From: a virus
Lineage: Duplodnaviria; Caudoviricetes
Reading direction: 5' to 3' (one strand)
DNA: 34,529 nt
Virus record (IMG/VR): IMGVR_UViG_3300025801_000024
Coordinates: 1 to 34,529 of that record
In this document: positions 8,547-17,479 of the stretch, one piece after another
Layout: each line of letters begins with the position of its first letter
Numbering within the stretch: the first letter of the stretch is position 1
The notes under the pieces: generated by a model
Told to the model about the DNA's origin: nothing
Database searches by the model: none
What the model saw: only the letters and a program-made list of their open reading frames with translations
Position numbers and translations under genes: made by a program

Positions 8547-9677
8547 ATGGCAGCTCCACAAGACTATTTCCAGAGAATCGATCTGGCCGGTGCCGGTGAC
8601 ACGATGCTTGATCGATCCGGTGACAATGTCCGTGAAGACTTCATGGATGTTATCTATAACATCGCCCCGACCCAGACGCCGTTTATGTCCGGTATCGGTA
8701 AGGGCAAAAGCAAGGACGTGTACACTTCCTGGCAACAGGATGCCCTGGCCGCGCCGAATCCCAGTAACGCGGCAAAGGACGGGGCCGACATCGGTGCCGA
8801 CGAATCCGCGGCCGCCCGCCGGGTTGGAAACATCAACCAGATCTCCCGCAAGCAGATCATCAGCACCGGGCGCAACGAGGCCGTAACCAAGGCCGGGCGC
8901 TCTTCCGAGTTGGCCTACCAGCTCGCAAAAGTCTCCAAGGCGCTGAAGCGCGACATGGAGGCCATTCTCACCGGTAACCAGGGGGCCTTGGCCGACTCAG
9001 ATGGCGATACCGCCTCGTTGCTCGGTGGCCTGCGTGCCTGTTTCCGTGGGGACAACACCCAGCTCGCGGCAGCGGATAACCTGCTCGGGGCCGAGGTCCA
9101 GACGGCCCTGGTGGCGGCTGACGGGACCAATGGTGGCGTTTTGCACGAGCCCTCGGGCTCCGAGACCTACATCCCGACTGTGGCTACTGACGGCACCGTG
9201 CGGGCGCTCACGGAGACGCTTCTGCGTTCCTGCATCGAGAACTGCTACACCAACGGCGGCGAGCCGAGCATGATCATGGTCTCGCCGGCTATGAAGACCG
9301 TGATCTCGACCTACCTCTACACGTCGAGTGCGCGGGTTGCCGCTCTGTTCGCCGATGTCGGCCAGAAGAAGGGCGACGGCGGTGCCGTGGCCCAGGGCTC
9401 CATCGATGTCTACATCAGTGACTTCGGCGCCCTGAAGATCGTCCCCAACCGGTTCCAGGGGCACACGGGATCGGCTCCGCGTCATCGCGACGTGTTTGTG
9501 CTCGACATGAGCCTGTGGTCTGTCCTCTACCTGCGGTCTTTCCGTACGATCGACGTAGCGAAGACTGGCGATGCCAGCAAGAAGCTGCTTCTGGTTGACT
9601 ACAGCCTGTGCTTCAAGGAGGAGATGGGGTCGGGCGGTATCTTCGATATCGATCACACGGCCGCGATGACGGCGTAA
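8547..9677 (+). CDS. major capsid protein (DUF5309/SU10-like)
   Basis: REDFMDVIYNIAPTQTPFMS, WQQDAL, NINQISRK, ELAYQLAKVSKALKRDME, SDFGALKIVPNRF and AKTGDA motifs. Confidence 0.93.
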   Translation: MAAPQDYFQRIDLAGAGDTMLDRSGDNVREDFMDVIYNIAPTQTPFMSGIGKGKSKDVYTSWQQDALAAPNPSNAAKDGADIGADESAAARRVGNINQISRKQIISTGRNEAVTKAGRSSELAYQLAKVSKALKRDMEAILTGNQGALADSDGDTASLLGGLRACFRGDNTQLAAADNLLGAEVQTALVAADGTNGGVLHEPSGSETYIPTVATDGTVRALTETLLRSCIENCYTNGGEPSMIMVSPAMKTVISTYLYTSSARVAALFADVGQKKGDGGAVAQGSIDVYISDFGALKIVPNRFQGHTGSAPRHRDVFVLDMSLWSVLYLRSFRTIDVAKTGDASKKLLLVDYSLCFKEEMGSGGIFDIDHTAAMTA

Positions 9678-9681
9678 GGCC

Positions 9682-9993
9682 GTGTCTGAGCGCCTCTTTG
9701 ATGAGGACGACGTGATGACCCAGTGGATCCGCCCGGATCCACAGGGCTTCACGTTGCGTACCCGGTACAAGGGTACGCAGGAGATCCTGGCTCGCAACCA
9801 TCTCGCCCGATCAGAAGCCCCAAGACGGTTTTCCCAAGATGGCGTAGAGTTCCACCATGTCTGCTCGGTTCCGATCGAGGTGTACGACATGCTGCATCGG
9901 AAGCTCGGACGGCCGCCGGAAGCGAGCGAGCTTGTCAAGCTTTCCCAGGATCGTGATTTTTGCAAGCTTAAGACCCGCGAGGTGAAGCTGTGA
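9682..9993 (+). CDS. hypothetical protein following the capsid gene
   Basis: HHVCSVPIEVY...DRDFCKLKT motif resembles post-capsid genes of related podoviruses. Confidence 0.75.
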   Translation: MSERLFDEDDVMTQWIRPDPQGFTLRTRYKGTQEILARNHLARSEAPRRFSQDGVEFHHVCSVPIEVYDMLHRKLGRPPEASELVKLSQDRDFCKLKTREVKL

Positions 9994-11189
9994 GTGGAAA
10001 AATCTGCAACGGGGCTCCGACGACTTCTCAGTCCTTGGTCAATGAGACCAGAGCTTACTGCGAGGGTCGGAAGTGGGCGGCGGACGGCGGGTTGAGTACC
10101 GGCAATCCACACGAGTCTGGAAATGAGGATGCCCTGGCTTGGGCGCGAGGGTATGCTTCGTGGAAGGCCAGCCCGGTAGGGGCGGGGCAGGACTGTTGCG
10201 CGGACGCCTATGGTGGGGCAGGGATGCAACTCCAAATCGAGACCACCGGGGAAGACGAGGATTTCACTATTCTCGCCGCCGATGTGGGGACCTATAACGC
10301 GACGATAGACTGGGGGGACGGAAGTGCTCTTTCGGTGATATCCGCGTACAACGACGCGGATCTCGCACACACCTACGCCGCGGCCGGTGTCTATGAAATA
10401 GTTATCAACGGATCGTTCCCCAGAATCAATTTCAATAACGGGGGAGACGTAGCCAAGATACAAGGGATTGTGCTGAGAGATATAGGGACTCTCAGTTTCC
10501 AGAATTCGTTTTATGGGGCGGCCAACAATGTATCGGTATCCGGCGGACCGATAACCTCTGGTGTAGAGAATTTCACCAGTGCGTGGCGGGATAATGGTCT
10601 AACCTCTTTCCCCGGTACCATAGATATCAGCTCAGGAACAAATTTCACCCAAACGTGGCGGGGGAATGGTCTAACCTCTTTCCCCAGCACTTTGGATTTC
10701 AGTTCCGCTGTTATCGTGTACGCCGCGTGGTACGACAACGCTTTGACCAGTTTCCCGGCCATAGATTTCCCGTTAGCTACGGATTTCGGTTTCGCGTGGC
10801 GGGCAAACGCTTTGACCAGTTTCCCGGACATAGATCTTAGCTCAGGGGAGAGTTTCACCTATGCGTGGTATGGGAATCAGTTAACCGCTTTCCCGGCGAT
10901 AGATCTAAGCTCAGGTACTGACTTTTCCTACGCATGGTATGGGAACCCCTTGACGACGTTTCCCGCCGGGATGTTCGACTCCTGTGTTGCTACCGATTAC
11001 ACGAATGCGTTTTTCGGGTGTGCATTGGACGAAACTGGGGTTGACAACATCCTGGTGTCGGTTGACACGTCGGGGGCGGAGAACGGCACCCTGGACTTGG
11101 ACGGGGGGACGAACGCGGCGCCGGGAGTCGCGGGAGCCGCGGCTAAACTCAGCTTGGAAGGCAAGGGCTGGACGGTCACAACGAACTAA
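9990..11189 (+). CDS. modular protein: Rmf/CrpP-like N-terminus, PKD-like domain, LRR/BspA-like repeats (possible virion decoration or adhesin)
   Basis: TIDWGDG...HTYAAAGVYEI PKD motif; about 6 repeats of 22-23 aa (NxLTSFPxIDxSSGTxFxxAW). Confidence 0.75.
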   Translation: MSGKICNGAPTTSQSLVNETRAYCEGRKWAADGGLSTGNPHESGNEDALAWARGYASWKASPVGAGQDCCADAYGGAGMQLQIETTGEDEDFTILAADVGTYNATIDWGDGSALSVISAYNDADLAHTYAAAGVYEIVINGSFPRINFNNGGDVAKIQGIVLRDIGTLSFQNSFYGAANNVSVSGGPITSGVENFTSAWRDNGLTSFPGTIDISSGTNFTQTWRGNGLTSFPSTLDFSSAVIVYAAWYDNALTSFPAIDFPLATDFGFAWRANALTSFPDIDLSSGESFTYAWYGNQLTAFPAIDLSSGTDFSYAWYGNPLTTFPAGMFDSCVATDYTNAFFGCALDETGVDNILVSVDTSGAENGTLDLDGGTNAAPGVAGAAAKLSLEGKGWTVTTN

Positions 11190-11195
11190 GGTCGC

Positions 11196-11666
11196 TTGAT
11201 CATGAAGCGTTGTAAGCGGTTCTTCTCCCCGCTGGTTCACTTACGGACAAGGGCCTTTTCAGGCCCTTTTTTCCAGCGTTCAGGATCCTTTTGCGTCAAG
11301 GGTCCGGGCAATGCCTATGCCTTTGGCGGGCAGTTGGCCCCGGCTATGGCAGCGTTCGGTCAGGCTACCGCCGTAGACGCAGTTCAGATCACGTTCACCA
11401 AGTGCGTTGATATCCCTGGCCCGGGTCTGACCGGGATCGAGATCCAAGTGAACGGAGGGGCCTGGACTGAGGTAACCGCGGCTGCTGAGGACGATCCCCC
11501 AGGCGACGGCACCGTGTGGACAGTAACTCCTGACCAGACGCTTCAAGCAGGAGACGAGGTTCGTTGGCGCTACGACAGCGATGGCGGCGCCAATGGGTCG
11601 ATTCTCGATTGCTCGGAGTCTGCAGACATCGGGGACCAGGACATCCCGGTAACAAATGCTCTGTAG
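11196..11666 (+). CDS. hypothetical beta-rich (Ig-like) virion protein
   Basis: ORF in the structural block, rich in Gly/Asp/Thr; ATG at 11202 is the likely start. Confidence 0.65.
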   Translation: MIMKRCKRFFSPLVHLRTRAFSGPFFQRSGSFCVKGPGNAYAFGGQLAPAMAAFGQATAVDAVQITFTKCVDIPGPGLTGIEIQVNGGAWTEVTAAAEDDPPGDGTVWTVTPDQTLQAGDEVRWRYDSDGGANGSILDCSESADIGDQDIPVTNAL

Positions 11667-11723
11667 ATTACAACTAATGGAATCCACCAGTCGAATAACT
11701 AAAACGAGAATTCAAACAATGGC

Positions 11724-12044
11724 ATGCCTGAGAAATCAAATCACGGTTGGATACTGAATGCGCTGGTTATCCTTTTTACCGCTGCGGGTGTTGTCATTGC
11801 AGTTATCAACGCTGTTTCTGCTAGTGAGCGCAGGATTGAGCGGGTATACGCTATGGCAGAGGACAACATGGATCGATTGGCCAGACTCAGGGACCTCGTT
11901 GACAGTCTCTCAGCGAAAGTTGACGAAGGATGCCGGAACCTGTCCGCGCTTTCAGTGGAATTGCACGAAAAGAGCCGGCGATGCGATATCCTTGAGCGAA
12001 AGGTGGAGCGGATCGAAGACCGAATTTTCGGAGAACAGAAATGA
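11724..12044 (+). CDS. membrane-anchored coiled-coil protein (possibly lysis-associated)
   Basis: N-terminal TM helix WILNALVILFTAAGVVIAVI followed by a coiled coil; coupled to the next gene. Confidence 0.65.
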   Translation: MPEKSNHGWILNALVILFTAAGVVIAVINAVSASERRIERVYAMAEDNMDRLARLRDLVDSLSAKVDEGCRNLSALSVELHEKSRRCDILERKVERIEDRIFGEQK

Positions 12045-12241
12045 GCTACCTGGTATCTCAGCCTACGCAGGCTCCTTCCCGAAAGATGGCTGGAGCGGGC
12101 CTCGGTGGCGTGTTGACTACGTTGATTATCGCGGTTCTCTCCCAGATTGGGGTAGACATTAGCCCGGACGTGGCGGCGGCGATCGCCACTCTGCTCTCGT
12201 TCCTGGTCGGGTACTTCGTCAAGGAGAAGGCGATTTCTTGA
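12041..12241 (+). CDS. putative holin (2 TM helices)
   Basis: 66 aa; PSRKMAGAGLGGVLTTLIIAVL and VAAAIATLLSFLVGYFVKEK; charged C-terminus. Confidence 0.6.
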   Translation: MSYLVSQPTQAPSRKMAGAGLGGVLTTLIIAVLSQIGVDISPDVAAAIATLLSFLVGYFVKEKAIS

Positions 12242-12261
12242 AACAACATGAGGCAAATACG

Positions 12262-12471
12262 ATGAAAGACCGTATCGAGTGGGACTTTGGGTATCATGCC
12301 CCGACAGCTCCTGGTAGGAAAGAAGAGCACGAACAGATGAGAGCCGCTTGCAAGGCTCTGGCTCTTTACATCGCCGAGGCCCTTCCGCCAGGAAGAGAAC
12401 AGAGCACCGCGATAACGAAGGTAGAGGAAGCGATGTTCTGGGCAAACGCCGGGTTGGCCAGGAAGAAGTGA
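12262..12471 (+). CDS. Acb2/Tad1-like helical hairpin protein (candidate anti-defence nucleotide sponge)
   Basis: FGYHAP...REQSTAITKVEEAMFWANAGLAR resembles the Tad1 C-terminal helix motif RE...A.T..EEA..W.N; GAGG RBS before ATG 12262. Confidence 0.7.
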   Translation: MKDRIEWDFGYHAPTAPGRKEEHEQMRAACKALALYIAEALPPGREQSTAITKVEEAMFWANAGLARKK

Positions 12472-12478
12472 TCACGCA

Positions 12479-12538
12479 GAGGCAGCTCGACTCTACGCCC
12501 CGCCTAGAGTTGCCTCATCTCGAACCGCCCGAAAGGGC
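12479..12538 (+). other. two intergenic stem-loops
   Basis: GAGGCAGCTC (12479-12488) pairs with GAGTTGCCTC (12507-12516); GCCC-GAAA-GGGC (12527-12538) has a GNRA tetraloop; no U-tract. Confidence 0.5.
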
Positions 12539-12573
12539 TGGTGGGGCTCCAACGCAATGAGGCTGTGAAGCTG

Positions 12574-12981
12574 ATGAAGAAACTGATGTTGTCGCTAGTT
12601 CTGGTGCTGTGTGCGCCGGTTGTGCTCGCCCAGGTCATCGGTCTGGATGGTGACGTGGACTCGAACTTTCCTGGTAGGATCCGCGTTCCGTACGCCGTGG
12701 GCCAGGACTTCGGCACCTACGATGCCGCGGTGAACCTTTCCGTGACGCCAACCGGGGTCACCGCTCGCGCCAAGAAGCGTTTCTGGGGGACCGAGGAGCT
12801 GGACTTCTCGATGACTCCTGGTCAGGTGACCACGATCACCGACGCCGATCTCGCCGTGGACTGCACGGTCCTTGATGGCGGGGTTGTCTATACCGGGCAA
12901 ACCTGGTCCGTAGAGTACAAGGGCCTGAGTGACGGCGGGATCGCCGTCAAGTTCCTGTGCGAGGACGCCGTAGCGCCGTAA
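12574..12981 (+). CDS. secreted hypothetical protein
   Basis: signal peptide [19 protein letters not shown]. Confidence 0.7.
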   Translation: MKKLMLSLVLVLCAPVVLAQVIGLDGDVDSNFPGRIRVPYAVGQDFGTYDAAVNLSVTPTGVTARAKKRFWGTEELDFSMTPGQVTTITDADLAVDCTVLDGGVVYTGQTWSVEYKGLSDGGIAVKFLCEDAVAP

Positions 12982-13031
12982 GGCAACAGGCCGGTGCCCT
13001 GGAACCCTGGGGCGCCGGCACGGAGAAGCTG

Positions 13032-13169
13032 ATGCCGCTCAAGAAAGGGTCTAGCAAGAAGGTGATCTCGGAGAACATCCGCCAGGAGATGCACGCCGGG
13101 AAACCGCAGAAGCAGGCAATCGCGATCGCTATGCGGAAGGCCGGGAAGGCTCGGAAGAGGAAGAAATGA
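13032..13169 (+). CDS. small basic phage protein
   Basis: [38 protein letters not shown], a common phage motif; GGAG RBS. Confidence 0.75.
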   Translation: MPLKKGSSKKVISENIRQEMHAGKPQKQAIAIAMRKAGKARKRKK

Positions 13170-13792
13170 TCACCGACTACGCCTCCCTGAAACAGGCGAT
13201 TCTGGACTGGCCGGATCTCTCGACGGAGACCAATCTCGTCGGGGTTATTGACACGATAGTCGGGCTCGCCGAAGCCAGGATCAACGGGGAGGTCCGGCTG
13301 CGGGAAGGGATAACCACCCGAGTGGAACCGGACACGGGAACGCCGTTCTCCGACTACACGCTCCCGGATGACTATCTGGAGATGGATCGGCTGATGGGGC
13401 CAAGCGGGGAAACCCTCTTCATGCGGCCTGCGGAAGAGCTGCTGATGTGGGGAAGCGAGCCGGACGACCCGGTCTTTTACGCGATAGACGGGCGGCAGCT
13501 CCTCTTCGCCCCCTCGGTGACGAACTTCTCGTATCGGTACTATCAGCGCATCCCGTCCTTGTCCGATACGTCAAGCAACTGGCTTTTGACCAGGGCGCCG
13601 GACCTCTACCTTTATGCCTCGCTGATTCACGTATCGATCTTCTCGAAGGAAGATGACCGTGAACAACAGCGGTACGAGAAAATGTATGGTTTGACGTTCT
13701 CCCGCCTGGTCCGGGAGGACGCGATGTCGATTCAACCGCGGTCACAGTCGCTCTATGCCTCTGTGCCACAGGGCAAGAAGCGGAGAACATAA
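13166..13792 (+). CDS. head-tail adaptor protein
   Basis: [12 protein letters not shown]...LAEARIN...LPDDYLEM...[29 protein letters not shown] adaptor motifs. Confidence 0.85.
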   Translation: MITDYASLKQAILDWPDLSTETNLVGVIDTIVGLAEARINGEVRLREGITTRVEPDTGTPFSDYTLPDDYLEMDRLMGPSGETLFMRPAEELLMWGSEPDDPVFYAIDGRQLLFAPSVTNFSYRYYQRIPSLSDTSSNWLLTRAPDLYLYASLIHVSIFSKEDDREQQRYEKMYGLTFSRLVREDAMSIQPRSQSLYASVPQGKKRRT

Positions 13793-13794
13793 CG

Positions 13795-14424
13795 ATGGCC
13801 GTTGACAGCGCAACCTATATCGCCGATCTGAACGTATCCCTGCCGGTGGAGTCGGACCCGGTTGCCGAGGGGAACGAAAATTTTCAAAATCTAAAGGCGA
13901 TGCTCAAGAACCAGTTCTCGGGGCTGGAGACTGGGGTTCCTGTGACTGCCACGGCGGCGCAGATCAATAGCTGGGAGGCGAGGATAGCCGCCTTAGAAGA
14001 AAAGGATGCGATCGACCAGCTCCCGGTTGCCGCGTACGACTTCAACAACGCCTGGTGGACTCAGAATGGCTCGGCCCTCCTGGGGCGCTACTGGGGGGTT
14101 CAGATCCCGGCTTCCTCGTTGTCGAACTGCCCGTTCCCGTGGGGGGCTTCCGGTGGCGGGGCGACCTACAACCTAACGGTTATCAGGTTGATCAACGATG
14201 GGGTTGGGGTGGCGCTGAACATCGTGTTTCGGCACAACACGGCGGATAGTTCCTCGGCCATGTATTACCGGCAAGCCCAGTCCGCGGCGGGTCTTACCTC
14301 TTCGCAGTGGCAGCGGGCGACGTGGGCAGAGATCGATACCGCACCGGCGGCGAATGCAGGAGACATTCTCTACACGACGGTTTGCAACGAGTACAACAAC
14401 AACCTCAACAACCCTGGATGCTGA
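13795..14424 (+). CDS. tail-associated/fibre protein
   Basis: N-terminus SATYIADLNVSLPVESDPVAEGNENFQNLKAMLKNQF resembles podovirus tail fibre anchors. Confidence 0.7.
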   Translation: MAVDSATYIADLNVSLPVESDPVAEGNENFQNLKAMLKNQFSGLETGVPVTATAAQINSWEARIAALEEKDAIDQLPVAAYDFNNAWWTQNGSALLGRYWGVQIPASSLSNCPFPWGASGGGATYNLTVIRLINDGVGVALNIVFRHNTADSSSAMYYRQAQSAAGLTSSQWQRATWAEIDTAPAANAGDILYTTVCNEYNNNLNNPGC

Positions 14425-14430
14425 TAATCG

Positions 14431-16080
14431 ATGGATCCGATCCGGATTCGTGACTTCGGGAAGCTCGCTCTAAATACGGATATTGAGGACACCCTGCTTC
14501 AGCCGGGGGAGTGGTCTGTTCTTGACAATATCGACATCGAGAGCGGGGATATCCGTTCTGCGTGGGGAGATACCCAGGTAACCGATGTCCCCCCGGTAAC
14601 CCCGACGTACATGTACGTTTTCGAGGGAGTCACGGACACGTGGTTAGTGATCTCCGACGGGGAAAGCGTCTACGCTTACAACGGGGTCTCCTGGCGGGAC
14701 ATAACGCCTAGCTCGACTGCGGTGACGGACACCCTTTGGTCTACAGCTACCGCGGACATCGGAAACTGGGAGGACGCGACGATCTCCTGGGGCGAGGCAC
14801 AAACAGGTGGAACGGACGTAACCGTAGATGGGGATGTCTTTTTCACGAACTTTCAGGGGATCTTGATCGTAAGCAGTACCCTCGGAGAGCCGACCTATTG
14901 GCCCTCTGAGGGAAGCAGCCGGCTAGAGCCTCTTCCCGGCTGGGGGACCGGTTGGGTCGGTGCTCCTGTCGTTGCCTACGGCAGCCACTTGTTTTGTATC
15001 GGGCTAAACGACGGCTCGACCGCGGGGAGCAAGTACCGGGTGGTCTGGTCCGACGCCGCGGTAGAGGGGGAGGTTCCCCAGGAGTGGGAGACGGCGGCGG
15101 ACAACCTGGCTGGATCGGTGCAGTTGCGGGACACGGACGGATACCTGGTCAACGCCAAGATCCTCAGGAACGACCTCTTGATCTTCAAGAACGACTCAAT
15201 CTACCGGTGCATCGCCACCGCGGCGACGGTTGGCGGGGTCCCTCTTGTGTTCCAGTTCGAACGGGTGATCTCCGACCATGGGTGTGATTCCCCGTGGGGC
15301 ATGGATACCATAGGCAACGGGTGCTACTTCGTCGATCGCGGGGACCTGAGAATCTTCGACGGACAGGTGACCCAGTCCCTCACGGTCCTTCGTGTCAAGG
15401 AGAACCTTGCTCTTACCGTCAGTAACGAGTACCGGGACCGGACTTACGTGGTCGCCTTCCCAGAGCGTGAGCAGCTCTGGATCGGGATCGTGAAGGCCGG
15501 GGAGACCCAGATCAGCTCGGTCCTGCTCTACGACCTGGTCCACAACGGTTGGACCACGAAGCGGTATAGCGCTTTGGCGATGACCCGGGGGCCATTCTCA
15601 GCGACCTCTGAGACTCCTTCTGGGGGAGACACGTGGGCCACCGTGACGGGCACGTGGGCGACGATCGAGGAGGTCTGGGGGGAGGGGGCTATCGAGCCCT
15701 CCGAGGATACGATTGTCTTCGGAAACGCTACCCTGATTTGCAGGGCGGACAAGACGAACACGGACCATCTAGGGCAGCCGAAGCCGTGTGTCGCCGAGCG
15801 CACCGGGTTCTTGATCGCGGGTCTCAACCAGCGTGTCACCATGAAAGCGGTCTATCCCGAGATGGAGGGCGGGCCGGTTCAGGTCCAGATTGGCTACCAG
15901 TGGGTCCCGGGGGGCGCGGTGGCGTATGCACCAGCTAAGACCTTTACCCCGGGGGTTGACCGCAAGCTTGTTTGTCGCGTCACCGGGATACCCTGCGCAA
16001 TCAGGATTACGTCCCAGCAGTCCAAGGGCTGGAGACTTGGGGGGATGTCCTTCGAGGCGGTCTTGGCCGGGAGACGGTAA
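14431..16080 (+). CDS. tail nozzle/stabilisation protein
   Basis: 549 aa, beta-propeller-like; RVVWSDAA...WETAADNLAG, LLIFKNDSIY and YFVDRGDLRIFDG motifs. Confidence 0.8.
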   Translation: MDPIRIRDFGKLALNTDIEDTLLQPGEWSVLDNIDIESGDIRSAWGDTQVTDVPPVTPTYMYVFEGVTDTWLVISDGESVYAYNGVSWRDITPSSTAVTDTLWSTATADIGNWEDATISWGEAQTGGTDVTVDGDVFFTNFQGILIVSSTLGEPTYWPSEGSSRLEPLPGWGTGWVGAPVVAYGSHLFCIGLNDGSTAGSKYRVVWSDAAVEGEVPQEWETAADNLAGSVQLRDTDGYLVNAKILRNDLLIFKNDSIYRCIATAATVGGVPLVFQFERVISDHGCDSPWGMDTIGNGCYFVDRGDLRIFDGQVTQSLTVLRVKENLALTVSNEYRDRTYVVAFPEREQLWIGIVKAGETQISSVLLYDLVHNGWTTKRYSALAMTRGPFSATSETPSGGDTWATVTGTWATIEEVWGEGAIEPSEDTIVFGNATLICRADKTNTDHLGQPKPCVAERTGFLIAGLNQRVTMKAVYPEMEGGPVQVQIGYQWVPGGAVAYAPAKTFTPGVDRKLVCRVTGIPCAIRITSQQSKGWRLGGMSFEAVLAGRR

Positions 16081-16083
16081 CCG

Positions 16084-17151
16084 ATGACCGATCGCTACCA
16101 CTCGGCGATCACGGAGTATAAGGTCCGCGATTTGCCGGCGCTCGGTTCGAGCAGCTCGGACGACGCCAGGCGCCAGGTAGTTGACGAGTTTCGCCGGATC
16201 CAGGATTGGGGAGCCTTGGTGAACTCTCTCCTCAATCAGCTCGGGGACGCAGTAGACCTGCTTGACAGCGAACTCGATCCGCACGCCTTCTGGGGGGCGA
16301 AGCACTCGGATGTGGATTCCGGAACCACGCCCGAGTATCCGAATGTCGTTGAATACAGCGGGTCCCAGTTTGTTCTAAACCCCCGCATGCGATGGCGTGG
16401 GGACTCCTGGGATGGAACCACGCATTACCCCATGGACGTTGTGCGGGTGGGGGACGTTGCCTATGTCGCGGTAGCCGAGACAACCGACGCTCCAGGGGCC
16501 TCTTCCGATTGGGAGACTCTCGCGGACACAACGGATCCCGCAACTCCGGCTCATAATGACTTGTCTGGGCGTACCGCTACCGGGTGCCACCCTGGCACCG
16601 CGATTAGCTACGATTACACCGGCACCCCGACTTACGTCTACGCCACGGTGCAGGCGGCCCTGGCGTATCTTCTCCCGCGGCATACGATCGAGGCCTTTGG
16701 GGGGATCCAGTACATAGGGGCGGCTCTGTCTAAGTCTTTACCTGCTTCGACGGTAACGTACCTCCCCCCGGGTGCTGGGAATTTCAGTGTAACGCCCGGC
16801 GGGTTTAACGTAACCGTAAGCAGTTCTGGGAACCTCAAGCCGACAGTGGCCGGGCACATCACCGTTGTAGAACTTTACGTTTGTATCACGGCATACGTTA
16901 GTTCAACGACGCATGCAGGGGACATCCTGCGCCTTGGTTTCGTGAATAGCACCTCCTTGACTACGTTTGTGGGGGCGATAACGAACTGGGTATTCCCCGC
17001 ATCTGGCCAGGACAATACGGTTACCTTGCAGTTACACACGTACGTCCCGATGGTGTCCGGGGCGGTGTGGTATCCTGCTATTAACAACATAACCATTTAC
17101 GGTCGGTCTATTGAGATAACGGCGTACCATTTTTGGATAAAAGGCTTTTGA
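16084..17151 (+). CDS. tail fibre-like protein with CBM5/12-like segment
   Basis: WRGDSWDGTTHYPMDVVRVGDVAYVAV...PGASSDWE motif; AHNDLSGR. Confidence 0.7.
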   Translation: MTDRYHSAITEYKVRDLPALGSSSSDDARRQVVDEFRRIQDWGALVNSLLNQLGDAVDLLDSELDPHAFWGAKHSDVDSGTTPEYPNVVEYSGSQFVLNPRMRWRGDSWDGTTHYPMDVVRVGDVAYVAVAETTDAPGASSDWETLADTTDPATPAHNDLSGRTATGCHPGTAISYDYTGTPTYVYATVQAALAYLLPRHTIEAFGGIQYIGAALSKSLPASTVTYLPPGAGNFSVTPGGFNVTVSSSGNLKPTVAGHITVVELYVCITAYVSSTTHAGDILRLGFVNSTSLTTFVGAITNWVFPASGQDNTVTLQLHTYVPMVSGAVWYPAINNITIYGRSIEITAYHFWIKGF

Positions 17152-17161
17152 GGAAAAAGAG

Positions 17162-17467
17162 ATGAATCAAGGTCAGAATATGTTTGGCGGTTTCAACCCA
17201 TTCCAGAATCAGGCGATGGGCGCTCGCCCGATGGGCCAAATGGGGATGCCCCAGCAGATGCCGCAGGGGATGCCTCAGCAGATGCCGCAGGGGATGCCTC
17301 AGCAGATGCCGCAGGGGATGCCTCAGCAGATGCCGCAGGGGATGCCGCAGGGGATGCCGCAGGGGCAGCCTAAGGTGCCTGGAGGTCAACCGAATCCGAT
17401 GGCTATGGCCCAGCTTCAAGCGCTTCTTTATTCGAATATGAGACCCGGTTACGGCGCGACCCGTTAA
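17162..17467 (+). CDS. low-complexity M/P/Q/G-rich protein
   Basis: GAGG RBS; (MPQQ/MPQG)x10. Confidence 0.7.
   Translation: MNQGQNMFGGFNPFQNQAMGARPMGQMGMPQQMPQGMPQQMPQGMPQQMPQGMPQQMPQGMPQGMPQGQPKVPGGQPNPMAMAQLQALLYSNMRPGYGATR
17246..17365 (+). repeat. 12/24-bp coding tandem repeat (MPQ[QG] x10)
   Basis: ATGCCGCAGGGG / ATGCCTCAGCAG units. Confidence 0.95.
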
Positions 17468-17479
17468 GAGGAAAGCACG

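Noticed and set aside
8997-10463. 488-aa antisense ORF and other long shadow ORFs (e.g. 29640-30551 +)
   Set aside because: They lie opposite well-supported genes in GC-rich DNA and have no motifs
11667-11723. A fifth TIGR-like array in an AT-rich gap
   Set aside because: Only one repeat-like 9-mer (AAACGAGAA) and no 18/36-nt periodicity
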